The translations under genes and the position numbers were made by a program. Source: Lama glama (lineage: Eukaryota). Taken from it: DNA of 64,000 bases. How positions within the stretch are numbered: position 1 is the stretch's first letter; each line of letters starts with the position of its first letter. The stretch lies in the NCBI GenBank assembly GCA_028534125.1, contig CM052818.1, positions 49,726,001 through 49,790,000 on the forward strand, written 5' to 3'. The notes beneath the pieces are model-generated. The model saw nothing but the letters and a program-made list of their open reading frames with translations. It ran no database searches and was not told where the DNA came from. Shown in pieces: positions 23,269 to 36,639 of this stretch.

Positions 23269-26112
23269 GCCCCCTGCAACCACCTCTCTCCTAAGTGTCA
23301 CTGCAGTTACCGCCCCCTGGGTCCCCGTGTCATCGGAAGCTCAGCTCGAGCGCGAATGTGCCTCTGTGTGCCCCGCACAGGACAGTGGCAGGACTCGGAG
23401 CCCGGTCACTGCGCTAAGCAAATCATGCTGAGGGAATGAAAGAATGGATGAATGGAAGGACGCAGGTCCCGGCCACACCCGCACCTTCCCCGGAAACCAG
23501 CACGACGCCAGCATCTCCTGTCCCCTGCACCGGGACTCACAGACAAGACACTGCAGCTCAAGTGTGGAGACGGGAAGATAGAAGCCTCGTCCTCCCCCCT
23601 TTAATTCAGCCGTGGCCAGCAGACGTCCCCAGAGCCGGAGGCTGCAGGCAGGCCTGAGCGCGCAGTGGGAGAGCAGCGGGGCGACAGGGCACGCAGCAGG
23701 CCCGCGTGGAGCACTCGGGGCCGCTGCGCGGCGGAGGACAAGGGAAAGGCTTCCAAACAGCTGCGAATCTGTCCCTGTTAAAGTCAACTACTCCGCTCTC
23801 CCAGACCTTACCACTGGGCAGTCACGTTGCTAAGACCAGGTATGAAGGAGGGCCAAAGCCTCTAACTTACAATGGAAACGTCCCTCTCCCCAGGTCCGAG
23901 GTCCAAGGTCCGAGGACTGTGTCCTAGAAGTCAGGACTGTTCGCAGAAACGACGCCCGCTCCACGGCACGCGGAGTCGTGAACAACGCCTGTCGGAGGAG
24001 GCCGATCTCACCCCTCGGACAATCACGGCTCACATGGCAGGGCCACAACCCAGGAGCCCCTGAAGCCTGGGCCCAGCCCAGGCTGATCTCACGCTACAAA
24101 GGATTTCAGGAAGAGCAGAGCACTTCCCGCCATGTGGGGCTGATCCTCTCTCAGTGTCAGAGCCATGCAGGAGATAGTTTTGGCTGAGAAAACCAGGTAC
24201 AGAGTCCCTTATTAATTAATGCCTTACATCGCCTCATCTTGGTTTTAATCCATGAGTTTCTCTGAGCTTTTAATATTTTCTAGGAAAATCTTATAAAGCA
24301 TCCCTTATTAAGTAATAACAATAATTTCTTCCTTATTCTCAAGAATGTTCTACCAAATTATGTTCTACCAAAAAGGGCAATGGTGCAGCCTCGGAATTGA
24401 GAGGAACTGAAAAGGAAGTGGATGAGAAAGAGGCACTCAGAGGCCTGGGGACAGAGCCAGGTGGGCGAGTAACACCTGCCCCCTCACAAGCTCCGCCTGG
24501 TCCACCCCTGAACAAAAGCTCTGGGCTGACTGACACCCGCCCACCTGCTCAGCGGGCAGTGGGCTGCGCCAGAGAAAGGAGCTGGGCCTCCAGCACCAAC
24601 CAGCTCCCTGTCCATCATCTGGCGAGTCTTCCTCCCCCTCCTCTCAGGCAGCGTCCCCCAGACTCATAGAGCCTCCCTGGGTCTCCTCTTTCCCTGTGAG
24701 ACAGCCGCTCATTCCCATCTGACGTTTTCCAGGAGAAAAATGACAACACATCCATCCACGTTCAGAAAACTGGGAATCACAAAGAAAGGACTTCTATCAC
24801 AAACACCCGCATCCCCTGAAGACGACCACAGCTCGAACCTTTTGACCTGTTTCTTCCCAGTCTTTATTCTACGCAGAGATTCAATTCTGTACTTTATCTG
24901 CTGCTTTAGTGGAGGTATGATTGACACCACGCGGTGTTAGTTTCAGGCGCACAATGCAATGAGTCGCTATTTGTACACACTGCAGTATAATCCACTCTTT
25001 TCTCAGCGATGACACAGCACATGCGGTCTTCACATCTCACTGAGTCAGCTAAGAATTTTCAGGCTGGGACGCTTGTGAGTGACCAGGTTCAACCAGGCTG
25101 GACCATATGAGTCTGCCATTATAAATGGGAATTTCATATCATCCAAATGTTTGCACAATGTGATTGCTTCTAATTTTTTCGCCATCACACGTACCATTAC
25201 AATAATATGCCTTGTATAGAAAGCTTTTTCTATGTTTTGGGTATAAAAACTGCAGGTTAAATAATTTGAGCACTTATTTGTGAAGCTTTAGGTATACATA
25301 TCATCAAATTAGTTGTCAAAAAGGCAATGCTAATACACACCCCCTCATCAGCTCGGGAGAGTGAGGACGTCACCACGCCCTCCCCGGCACCGAGTATTCT
25401 CAGGCAGCGGGTTTACCGCCATTTCCGCCCAAGCGGCCGTGGTAACTGGCTGGGGGCCTACACCACGTGACATGGCCTCCTGTGCATTTCCCAGGATCAA
25501 AGGCAGGTGCGCCTTCACAGCACCCCCAGCACCGGTACACAGCTCCACCTGTCTGTCAGCCAGGAGGAAAATGAAGGCCAGCGAGGTTAATCCATTCACA
25601 CAAGGTCGCACGTCTGTGTCCAGCCATGGCCTGAACCTCAATCATGTGGGTACCTAACATCCGTTCCACTGTGGTGGCCGGATCAGCACACGGGCCACAC
25701 TGGTACTCTCTGTGGATGACCAGCAGTGACGGCTTGCAGTGTGCTACGCTGAGGTGGGCCATGGCCTCACGCAGGCCCAGCTAGAGAGAGTGCTGTGAGC
25801 AACCAAAGCGGCCACCCCCTGGCCGGGGTCGAAGGGGTGATGCTGACCACGCAGCCCAATTGCTCTCCAGTCATTTGCACAGTAAATCCTATGTAACCAC
25901 AAACCCGCAGCAGTAATGTCACACGGAGTAAGATTAAACTATTTAATTTAATCGTTACGTACAGTTGGATATGTAAATCCCAGTGAAAGTTTTACTTCGC
26001 GTGTGTGGCATTAATTTTCCCAAACGTTGCTTGAAAAATCAAGAACAAAATGGTTATAAAACTAAGAACAGGCTTAGTGCTGAACATGTACACATTTGTC
26101 AGAAATAGTTAC

Positions 26113-26196
26113 CTGATTATCATATTTCAGAGACTGCGTCCCAACCAAAAACCGGATGGCATCTGTCTCTGCAGTTTGAGGTGTCAGAGCACGTGC
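26113..26196 (-). CDS. EIPR1: EARP/GARP-interacting protein 1 (TSSC1), exon 2 (84 nt)
   Basis: Encodes [28 protein letters not shown]. Acceptor ccttccccccgcag|, donor CAG|gtaact; phase 0 matches exon 1. Confidence 0.95.
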
Positions 26197-26959
26197 CTGC
26201 GGGGGGAAGGAAAAGGCACATACATGTATGAAGTCAGATTTAACAGACAGACTGAAAAGGCACTCCCCTCCTCTGCTGCTGCCGGAGGAGCAGCTGGCGC
26301 CAGGCGTCCGCAAGGCGCCCGGAACGTGCGCGAGCGGCCCTCAGCTCCCGTCCGCTCAGTGACGTGACAATCCCACTTCAGAGCTATGTCTGGAAATGGC
26401 AGTAAGAGGGCACAAGAACTAAGCAAGGACAATGTACACTGTGCTTTTAACAAAACCAGTATTTATTTCCAAAGGTCCCAGATTGGTTGAACAAATGATT
26501 CCTCAACAACGGAGCAGAAAGTGGCTCCCGGTGATGACAGAGTGGGTGGTTACGCCAGGTCCCTGCAGAGCCAAGAACCCTGAGTCTGTTTCAAGGCTAC
26601 AGGGAGCTGCCACAGTCGGGAAAAGCAAGATCCCGGAAAGGCGGGAAGCACAGAGAGAGAGGCCTGACCCCGGGCCATTTTCACCTGGAGGCGCGTGTCC
26701 GTCTGGAAAGCGTGGCCAAGCGGTGACGCCGAGCAGGCCTTCTGACAGGCTCGGGGGCTCAGTGCACAACGTGCGGGACCCACCCCGGAGGAGGGGCCAG
26801 CCAAGACTAGGCCATGGTCACGGGCCAGGCCTGAGGGTGTACAGAGTCAGACGCAGCTGCACTGGGACCAGCTCCTCGGGCTCACGTGCTCAGAGCCGGC
26901 TCCCTCAGAGCCGCCACGGCTGTGACCAGCCAGGTCCCCGCAGCCCACGCTCTGATGCC

Positions 26960-27130
26960 TGCGGGAAGCAGAAGCCCCCCCCGCCATGTGCACATCCTTG
27001 CCCCAAGCCCCATGCATGTGCTAAGGTACACGCCAAAGGGACTGTGATTAGGGTGTGATTAGGTTAGGATCTTGAGAAGAGATTATCCGGAATTATCTAG
27101 TCACGTGGGTCCTTAAAATCAGAAAACCTT
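26960..27130 (+). mobile_element. MaLR (MLT1-like) LTR 5' fragment
   Basis: AAAGGGACT...GTGTGATTAGGTTAGGATCTTGAGA..GATTATCC resembles the MLT1 consensus. Confidence 0.6.
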
Positions 27131-27719
27131 TCCTGGCCGTAGTCACTCACAGATAACGTGGCAGTAACACCAGGCCTCTGCGGGCCCAGAGGCTGGACAT
27201 CCATGATCACCTATGATTTCCCCTCCCCTTCACCGCCAGGCTTCACGCTGGCTCAGGCACAGAAAGCGGTTCTCCCACGGCACGGGCTTCCCCACAGCCC
27301 CAGGGTCACGGCGTCACACACACAGCCGGCCCGCAGCCCGTGCTCGAGCTTCCAGACCCCCGACAAGGAGCCCTTTGTGTCCCATCACCCCCACCCCTGC
27401 CGTCCTCCCTGACCCCCTTCTCCTTCCTGACTCTCCCCTCTTCCCCATGGGTATCACTGTGGTCACTCGGTGGTGGTGGCTTCCAACTGTCAATCCATGC
27501 CCCCCTCGCCAGCTCCACGACAGGGCCCCCGGGCATCTCTGTCCCTCAACCACACTGAGCCCAGTGCCCCCAGACCTGCTCCCCGCGTTCACTCAGTGCC
27601 CCGGCCCCCCTCTCCTGACCGATCACACTCAGTGCCCACGTGGCCCGGCCCTTCCCCCTCCTCTCCACCCCCACCCCACCCACACCATTTCTCGCCGAAA
27701 TCCTATTTTTACGACCTGC

Positions 27720-28202
27720 TGTGATAGGGAAGAACAAACCTGACCCCACGTGGACCTGTTTCTTTAACTTCTGTATTCTATTGCTCTGACTACAAGTTAG
27801 TCAGTAAAGGGATGTTGCCTATAAGCTTACATTACACAGAATGGCCCAGCTCCGGGAACCCTGCCTCCCAGGTGATGAGCGTTAAGCTAAAATACCTGTG
27901 TTTAGCTCCCAGGAAACTTCCTGACCAGACCCACCTGGGAACGACCGCAGGAAGGACGGAATTAACGCCACCCTCTGGAGGCTGAGCGCAAGCAGGAAAC
28001 GTTCGCCTTGACTCCCTCTCCTTTTAGTATAAAAGCAGCATTGAATTCTAACTCAGGCAAGAGGGTACTTTGGGACACTAGCCCACCATCTTTTCGGTCT
28101 GCTGGCTTTCCAAACGGAGTCGCTATTCCTTGCCCCGAAAACTCATCCTTCAATTAACTGGCCTGTGGCGCCACAAACAGTCCAAGCTTGGACTCGGTAA
28201 CA
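27720..28202 (+). mobile_element. ERV solo LTR in EIPR1 intron 1
   Basis: TG...CA termini (TGTGATAGGG...GGACTCGGTAACA), TATAAAA at about 28028, and a 3' end similar to the 13.4-kb LTR. No clear TSD. Confidence 0.7.
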
Positions 28203-30780
28203 GTCTCAACCAGCTTTCCTGACACAAGTCCCTACATTCCAGCTCCTCCTCCACTCGCCACCTCACAGAGCCAAATCTGGACCCCAGGTTTTCAGACAGT
28301 GGGCTAAAGGATTCAAGTCTCTTCTCAAACTCAAGGAAATCATACAAAAGCAGGAAGGAGAATGAAAAGCAGAAACACAAACTCCATCTTCACTGAAACT
28401 TGGGAACATCTCTAACCCAGAAGCACACTGAGAAGAAAGCCTCCAAGCGGAGAGGGTAGGACCCAGAGAAGATGCTGAGCGGGTGGGGGGAGCAGGCAGC
28501 AGGAATGAGTGCTCCCATACACGCTTCGGCAAGAATGCGAGCAAGGTTGGGGCACCAGCGGGCATCTCCCCAGGAAGCAGCCTGGGGCTCCGGGGAGGCT
28601 GCACTGTGGCCAGCTGGGCTCTGCCAAACTCCTCCGTCTTGGGGTAAGTCACAGCTCAAGAATTTACTCAACAAAACTCTGTGCCGCAGGAGCTCCTGGC
28701 AGCCTGGCGTGGGCCTGGGCACCCCCACCCAGGTACACGCACACAGATCGGGCTGCAAGCGGCTCAGGAAGGCACGTCACGGGACTGTGACCTAGGGAGG
28801 CAGCTGGAGCCCAGCAACGGCACCACCGGGAGGGACGGGAGGCCAGAACAGCAGGAAAAGACCTCAGAAGATGAAAACATAGGGCAGACGCCACCACAGG
28901 AGGGCCAGAACCTGTGACTGCACAGGGGATGCACACGAGACTCAGCGGAGCAACGAGCCCTTCCAAGACCGGAGGAGATAAAGTAAGGCAACCCGGACGA
29001 CTGACCTGGAGCTGACCCAGTGGCGGAGACGGAAAACAGAGCCGCTACTGGAGGGACACAAAGACAGACACCCTAACGGACAGCGTGTGCAGTACATGAA
29101 GGCGCAGCGAATCTGTAAAGGAGGCTGCGGTGTGGCTTTGTGCTCAAGCTGTCAGCTCAGGTGCAGGCTCTTTGTGCACTGGTTTGGAAGCAGCGTTTCC
29201 TATTTGATCCCTGGGACTGTAAGTCCTGTAACATAATTGCCCTCCCTGTAAGAGAAAGGGTCCTGGGACTTGCCCAAGGATTGACAGTATCACTCGTCTA
29301 ACTAGCGGGGATTTTCAGACATCGCCTTGCGAAGTAAATGTCAGGAACAGCACACCCTCGCCCGCCCAGGCTGCAGTAATAGAAACACAAGAACTTAGGC
29401 ACCCGGCTCGAAAGGATGCAAGACAAGGAAGTGGAAACTCCAGGAAGAGAAACCAGCACTGGCGGGTGCACAGCATCAACCAGGCAATTCAGGCCACGCG
29501 CACAGAAATAAGGTGAGATACTGAACTTAACATTCAGATTGTTTCTGAGCAAACATCCTGAAAAGCTGGCTGCACTAGTCACAGAACACTACTCGAATCA
29601 GCAGTCGACAATATTATGTAACTAGAAAAACCAGAACCCTGGATATGGATTTGGCAAGAGATTGCACTTAACTACACTGGGAGTCTGAGGGAAGGCAAGA
29701 GAGCGCAGAAAAAGCCAAAACCCTCACGTGACGTGGGCCCCGTCACCAGATCATATCCGAGATATAAAAGCAGCCAAGTAAAGACTAGAAGAAATCGCTG
29801 TAAAACGTTGAAAGTGGTTATCCTAGGGTATCAGATAAGATGCAAAGGGAGTGTTTAGGGCCTGCTGATTTTAATCAGATTTTCAGCAATTAACTTTTTT
29901 TTTTTTAGTTTCAGACTTTTTATTTGTAAAAGGGAGATAACAAAACCTACCTCAGAGGGCACCATGGAAGTAAAATGAAACAAAATATGTAGAAACATGG
30001 AGCACGCAACCTAGCAGACATTGACTTGATGTTATTAGGAAAGGCGGTGTGCAATTGGACCATGTTATTTATTTTTTACTATTATTGAGAGAAATATTGC
30101 TTGCATTCACAGCAACTAACTTCTTAAACGACTCATAAGAATTACTTGATTTAAAATTTTTAAATATACAAAAGGGAAAAGAACTAAAATTGTGAACACA
30201 ATTCAAAATGTTGCAAAAACAGGAATGTGCTCAGGAAACAGGAATGTGTCTCTTGTTTGGACAAGGGTACCTCATCTCAGCCTCCGAGCCTCACCACCTT
30301 CAATAATTAGATCCTCATCTTCTACATAAACTGTTCTCCAAAGTGATTTTAACATCAATGACAACCAAACCTCCACTATAACTTCTAGTTCTTTCATGTT
30401 TACTGCAGTAATGGTGCTTCAGATTCAAGAAAGTCACGGCCCACAGAGCTGTCCAAAGTAAGGAAGTGCAAAAATCAGTTACTTTTAAGACAAAGAAGAA
30501 ATTCAGATATAATATTTGATGCCCAAGGCAAGGATCTACTCCACTGATCTGTCAGAATGCCAGGAAACGACATTTTGTTACCTTAAAGATCCGACACTGA
30601 AGATCAAAACCTCCAGGTTATTTAGGAGATTTCTTAAGGAGATCAAAAAGTTATGAAGTAGCAACAGAGGAAGATGCACAAGGTCAGGGAAGCTTCTATC
30701 TCCCGCATGCGCCCTGTGTGCGCACCCCCACGTGCACCTTGTTAAGGAGACAGCAGTGTAACTTTGTGGTTAAGAGGCTT

Positions 30781-31138
30781 AAAACAAACAAACAAACCAA
30801 AAAAAAAAAAAACAGAAGACAAATGAACTTAAATATAAAACAGAAACAGACTCAGAGACATAGAATACAAACTTGTGGTTGCCAGGGGCTAGGGGGATAG
30901 GGAGGGACAGACTGGGAGTTCAAGCTTTATAGATACTGACAAGTATATATAGAATAGATAAACAAGTTTATACTGTACAGCACAGGGAAATATAGTCAAG
31001 ATCTTGTAGTAGCTTATGGTGAAAAAGAATATGAAAATGAATATATATGTATATTCATGTATGACTGAAAAACTGCTGTACACCAGAAGTTGACACAATA
31101 TTGCAAACTGACTATAACTCAATTTAAAAAAAAAAGAA
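30781..31138 (+). mobile_element. 5'-truncated L1 3' end with polyA and 9-bp TSD, inserted in a MIR
   Basis: AAGAGGCTT at 30772-30780 and 31139-31147. Body ACAGAAACAGACTCA...TGACTATAACTCAAT then polyA; the flanks are MIR-like. Confidence 0.85.
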
Positions 31139-32299
31139 AAGAGGCTTTGAAGTCAGTTTGGGTTTAAAGCCTGCCTAGGTTAGAATCTCTATCATTTGCC
31201 AGTGAAGCAGCCTCTTACCACAGGAAAAATAACACCTCCCTGTATGACTGCTGTGAGAATTAAACAAAGTATCTGTGCACTGTTAGGCAGAGTGCCTGAA
31301 ACACAGGTACGTTCTCAACAACTGGAAGTTAAGGCACCAGTCCTATGGGACAGAGCCAGCGGTCAAACCCCACAGCAGTTCATGGCTCCTAGGACACTGA
31401 GATACCGCCTTGTCTGGAGTTTATGTGTAAGAACTTTGCCTCACAACAACCAGAACAACATTTATTGAATGCTTCTTAGGTGCTAGGGTCTGTTCTAGGT
31501 GCCTGAATTAAATGTATTAACTCATTTAATTTCACAACAGCCACAGTGGGTAGCGGCTCATTTTCCCATTTTATTCGCAAGGAAATTGAGACCCAAGGTC
31601 ACAGAGTAAGTGCTGGAGCTGGGATTGAAACCTCAGGAGCTGCAGTGGCATCTAGGCTTTCAGTAACTAACACTGCTGCTTCTCCCACTGTAAGCTTCTT
31701 GAAAGTAGAAATCATGCATATTGTTAAGACACATCTGCCACACACAATTACGTAACAGGCACTTCATGTGGCGATGAACTGTTATTTCTCTGTAACTGTC
31801 CCTCAGTGCCTCAAGCATATATAACAGGTCCTCTGAAGCCACTTGGAAAGACAGAAGCCAGTATAGGGCTGTAACAGGTCCCACTCAATGCGACCTACCT
31901 GCCCTTGGAGCTCATCCCTTACCCCACTCGCCCTCTCCTTCAGCCACACAGGCTCTCTTGCTTTCCCTGCATCCTCACTCCACTCCTTACACTACAGGGT
32001 CCACTCATGTCACCGTCACTCGCTGAGCACCTTCCCTGCCATGGTCACCGTTAAAAGCACTGGAGAACACAGGACGAGAAGGAAACAGGACGGACAGTGG
32101 TGGGAAAACAGGTGAAATCCGAAGAGTCTGGTTCAGTTAACCAGACTGTACCAATGCTAACTCCAAAGTTTTGGTCAGCGTGCACTGGCCCTGGAAGATG
32201 ACAACATTCAGGCAAGCTGGGTGAAGGGTACACAACTTTCCGTGTATCTTCGCAACTCCTAATGTAGATTTAATTTTGTGTCAAAATTTAAACAAAAAA

Positions 32300-33030
32300 C
32301 AGGCAGCGCCCGGCTCCAGGAAGCCCGACGGCGGAAGAACGGTGCACAAGTAAACAGGCCGGCTGCGTAGTGAGAGTCAGGCCACAGGGAGCGGCCGGGC
32401 TGCGGGAGGCGGCGCGGGGCTCCAAGCCCGGGGGCGGCGGGCAGAACCGCGGCGCCCCCACCCCGCCGCGCGTCACGCAGGCCCCTGGCCCGTCCGGCAG
32501 GACCACGGCCTACTGCCCCAGGCCGCGCAGGGGCGCCGCTCCGGCCGCCGCGGAGCCCTCCTGAGACCCACCTGGAACTCCAGGCCGTAGATCACCGGCG
32601 CGTCGTCCTCCATGCTGCGGCGGCCCGCACACCTGAGGAGGGTCTCCAGAGCCGGCGCGCCCCCAGCTCAGCGCCCATTCATTCCCTCCCGCCCAGGCGG
32701 CGCCGAACCGGAACTCGTTGTGACCAGCCCGGCTCCCGTAGGGTCACTTCCTATGTTTTCCTGAAACGTCATCAACGCGCTCCCAGCCGGCGACCAATCG
32801 CGGCAGCGCCGGGCTCGTGCGCATGCCCACTTGGCTCCCATCCGGGCTCTCAGGTGCGCAGGCCCCGGGGAGTAGGCTCAGGAGAGGAGGACCTGGCCAG
32901 GACCCGAGCAGGGTGGGGCGGGAAGCCCGCGGCTGGGAGGCCTCCCTGCTCCATCGCCCCCGGGAGCCTCGCTCGCCTGCGGCTGTGACACCGTGGTTGG
33001 ATAGCATTAGCACTCTCCCGGCGCCACGGC
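32300..33030 (-). promoter_or_regulatory. EIPR1: EIPR1 CpG-island promoter
   Basis: CpG-dense. Contains CCGGAA (ETS) near 32708, ACGTCA at 32766-32771, CCAAT at 32794-32798, NRF1-like TGCGCATGC at 32818-32826 and a GC box near 32915. Confidence 0.8.
32572..32613 (-). CDS. EIPR1: EIPR1/TSSC1 exon 1, coding part (42 nt)
   Basis: ATG in good Kozak context (AGCATGG), encodes MEDDAPVIYGLEFQ, donor CAG|gtgggt, inside a CpG island. Confidence 0.95.
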
Positions 33031-33379
33031 AAACTTAAGTGACAGTTGCGGGCACAGAAGTAGTAAATTGGGAGCTAGAGTATGTTCCTGGTCTGTCAGA
33101 CGCAGGTTGGCCCGGCCCAGATCCCTAAGGTCAAGAGCCAGGCTGCTCCGTGTCCGCAGGCGCCCAGCGCAGTGTGTGCAATGACAAAAGGATCCCATGC
33201 CGATGCCAGGGTGATGCGTGATGCCTGGCGTCGAACCACTGGCGCTGTTTGGCAGCGTTTGCCTCCAAAGGGAGTCTGGTGGGAAGACCCTGGGGTCCCT
33301 GCATCTCTCCATCATCTGTGTGACCATTAACTTTTCTCTCTTCCCTTAATCTTTGTGACAAATAACTAGGCCTGGAACA

Positions 33380-33890
33380 GGTATGTGAAAAGATGCTGGT
33401 TACCACTAGTCATCAGGGAAATGCGACTCAACCACAATGGTATGTTATTCAGCCCTTAAGTCCTGTCATTTGTGACAACGTGGATGAACCTAGAGGACAC
33501 TGCTAAGTGAAATAAGAAAGGCAGATACAGCATGATTCCACCTACATGTGGAATCTAAAAAAGAAAGTTGAACTCTTTGTAACAGAGAGTAGAATGATGC
33601 TTATCAGGGCCTGGGGAGAAGTTTGTCAAATAGTACAAATTCAAGATAAACAGGCTCTGGAGACATAATTAATAATATATCCTATACTTCAAATCTGCCA
33701 CAAGGAGATTGCAAATGTTCTTACCACAAACGCAGAAAATGGGAAATACATGAGGTGATTGTTAAGTTCATTAGTTCCATTATGCCGTCATTTCACAATG
33801 TATACATATATCAAAACATCACATTGTACACGTAAATACATACTTTTATTTGTCAGAAATAAGGTATTTTAAATCATTTTTTAAAAAAAG
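33380..33890 (+). mobile_element. Old L1 3' end between the EIPR1 and TRAPPC12 promoters
   Basis: CATTTGTGACAACGTGGATGAACCTAGAGGAC...CATATATCAAAACATCACATTGTACAC...TTTTATTTGTCA. Confidence 0.8.
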
Positions 33891-34359
33891 AGAGAAATGT
33901 TAGGTCTTGTTTGGTTCATTGGTACCCCAGCGCCTAGCGCTGTGCTTGGCACTTAGGCTGGATGAGCATCCGTCGGACAAACAGGAGATCTGTGTGGTTA
34001 CGGTAGAAATCAAGGAAGCAAAAGCACAGACACGGGCATCTTACTAGCCGGCTCCGTTTGCCTAAGATGAAGTAGCAGCGCTACGAGAACGCAGGACCTT
34101 GATACTGCTGGATTAAATCCACCTACTATCGGTATCATTACCATTTTTACCGTTGTTATTACACAAGTACTCCAGATGCATGGCAGGAAAAGGTGAAAAT
34201 ACAGAAAGGCGCAAAGACAAATCCCTGAAAATAAGTATTTCCAGGGTGCTTTGGCCAGGAGTAAAAAGAGAGTAACCATCTCCCTTCCAGCTGCCCCTCT
34301 GCCACAGGTTTGTCTATCCCTGTGTGTCAGAGCAATTTCCCTCCGCATTCCCAGGAAAG

Positions 34360-34602
34360 GGGTCGGCTAACTCCGCCCATGCCCCGCCTCCGGACCCAGG
34401 CCCCGCCCGCTGCGGCGCGAACCGGAAACGCGCTGGGAGGCCGGCTCCTGCATTGGGCACGCGCGGGAGCAGGCGCGCGCAAGCGCAGAAGCCGCCGGAA
34501 GCGCGGTTTCGAGTCTTTCCTTCCCGGCTTTCTCCATCTTCTCCCCGGACCCTGGTCACAGCCGCAAGTGACCCTTTCCCCACCCCAGGGGGGCGGTGGC
34601 AG
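34360..34602 (+). promoter_or_regulatory. TRAPPC12: CpG-island promoter and probable non-coding exon 1 of TRAPPC12 (donor GCAG|gtgagg after 34602)
   Basis: GC boxes at 34381 and 34401, two CCGGAA ETS motifs (~34422, ~34495), NRF1-like GCGCAAGCGC and a strong donor. Divergent from EIPR1, about 1.8 kb away, as TRAPPC12 is in human. The identity rests on synteny; no coding exon was seen. Confidence 0.65.
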
Positions 34603-34684
34603 GTGAGGACAGGGCCCGGGCTGTAGGGAGGGGGTCGTGCCGTCCCTAACTGCAGCCTTGCCGGCCCTCAGGCCCAGCCGCTTA

Positions 34685-35030
34685 GGGGTCTCCTCCCCAG
34701 GTCTTCCTCCCGAGGTCCTCCTCCCCGGATCCTCCTCCCGGGGGTCTCCTCCTGGGGGCGGTCTCCTCCCCAGGTCTGCCTCCCGAGATCCTCCTCCCCG
34801 CACCCTCCTCCCAGGGGTCTCCTCCTGGGGGGTCTCCTCCCCAGGTCCTCCTCCCAGGGTTCTTCTCCTAGGGAGGGTCTGCTCCTGCGGGTCTCCTGCC
34901 CGGATCTTCCTCCCAGGGGTCTCCTGGGGGGATCTCCTCCCCAGGTCCTCCTCCCAGGGTTCTTCTCCTAGCGGGGGGTCTTCTCCTGGGGGTCTCCTGC
35001 CAGGGGTCTCCTCCCCGGGGTCTCCTCTCT
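34685..35030 (+). repeat. Degenerate C-rich minisatellite (unit approximately GGGTCTCCTCCCCA/GGTCCTCCTCCC)
   Basis: Many adjacent copies of ggtctcctcc/ggtcctcctccc variants immediately after the 34602 donor. Confidence 0.85.
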
Positions 35031-35819
35031 CCCTCCTGCCACACCGCCTCCTGGCAGGCCTGGCCAAGCCCCGCGCCCGTGTCCTGCCGGGTCTGCAGCA
35101 AGGCCTTCTGTGTGTGCCCTTCTCGGGGGCGGCCCCCGGTGCTGGGCACGGACAGCTCAGGAGGGGTCTGCGGCCCAGGTCCCAGCTGTGGCGCTCAGTG
35201 ACTTCTTTCTCTTAGCTCACTCCTCTGTAGGTAGAAGTTCACCGTAACCCACCGGACCAGACTCAGTATTGTTAGGGCAAAATGCGATGGTTTGTGTAAA
35301 AGCATGTCAGTGTTGGCTAATCCGTTCCAGAGTAACATCCAGGACGGAAGTGATTGATAGAGCATAGACACTGTGAAGACTGGAGACATTTCTTATTTAA
35401 AAATAAGCATCAGGCTCAAAGATGTGCTCTGTGCCTGTTTTTCTCACCCTCTACCACAAGAGTTTAACCCTAGTGACACATTTCCTTGGACCTGCAGTTC
35501 ATAGCTTTTTATGGCCACTGGAAGACACCGTATCTTTTGGATGTAAATGCTTTACTCCTTGTTTCTTTTTACAAGTTGAGAAGAGTGCAGTGGGTGGCAG
35601 GCAGTGCGTTAGGCCCTCTGTGTGATGGGTGGGTTGGGAGAAGGGATAGAGGACTGCAGGTAGGATGATACAGCCCTCACGCTACTCATCCAACCCTCAC
35701 ATCCTGTGACTTCTAACAGGACGGTCCCTGGTCAGAGGCAGTGTTACCACTCTGTGTCATCACGAAGACTGTAATGACTGTGTTTGTGTATGTGCAGCTC
35801 ATCACAGTTTAAACCCTCC

Positions 35820-36175
35820 CTGTGCATCAGCTGCTGTTTAATCCTCATTATCCCAGTTTACAGATGGGGAAGCCAGGACTAAGCCGAGACTAATCATTTT
35901 TAAAGGTCACTTTATTGAGTAGTGAAGCCAGGACTCCGACAGTTATTCAGAGCCGTGTTCAGTGCTCTTTCTGCCTCATCCACAGCTCTGAATCAGAATG
36001 TATCCCGGCAACCTTACAAGGAGAGCGGAGGCAGGAACACCTGTCACATCAAGTACTGGTGCTGTGACTTTGGGCAAGTCACTTGGTTTTCTCTGCTGTA
36101 TGATCAAGCTGATACTTAATAAGTTGATCCTGAGGATTAAGTAAGAAAACATGTAAAATGCTTGATCTGTTCTGG
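35820..36175. mobile_element. MIR fragments
   Basis: CCCAGTTTACAGATGGGGAAGCC and GCTGTGACTTTGGGCAAGTCACTT MIR core-like motifs in both orientations. Confidence 0.6.
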
Positions 36176-36639
36176 GTGTTCTTTACATGAGGGCTTTTCT
36201 AAATATATGCTTAAATCCCTACTACATGCATAGTTCTTTCATGGAAACAGGTCAAAGATTTGTAATTCCGGAGTCTTATGTCCAGAAAGGGAGCCGGAAC
36301 AGCAACAGTTTTCATTGTTCTTAGTGAATTTAAGCCACTTAAAGTTAGTACTTAAAAGATGTTTTAAGGCTAGTTAAGCTCATTGTGCAAAGCACTCAAC
36401 TGGACAAAGAGAAAGTCGGATTTCTTTGCAAGCATTTTGATGCTGGCATAATAAGCTTAAAATCGTGTCCATTATATCATGTCTATGAATAATTTTTATT
36501 AAGCCAATAGTAGAAGAAGCAAAGATTTTATATCACAAAGAAGTCAAGGACGGATACACATGCTTTTCCATTTTGAGATTATGAAATATAAAGCTTGGAT
36601 GTAATACACGTGGAAGACATGAAGGTCAAGTGTGATCCT

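Noticed and set aside
34327..35215. Long ORFs of 246 aa (-) and 192 aa (+)
   Set aside because: They are translations of the C-rich minisatellite: low complexity and stop-poor by composition.
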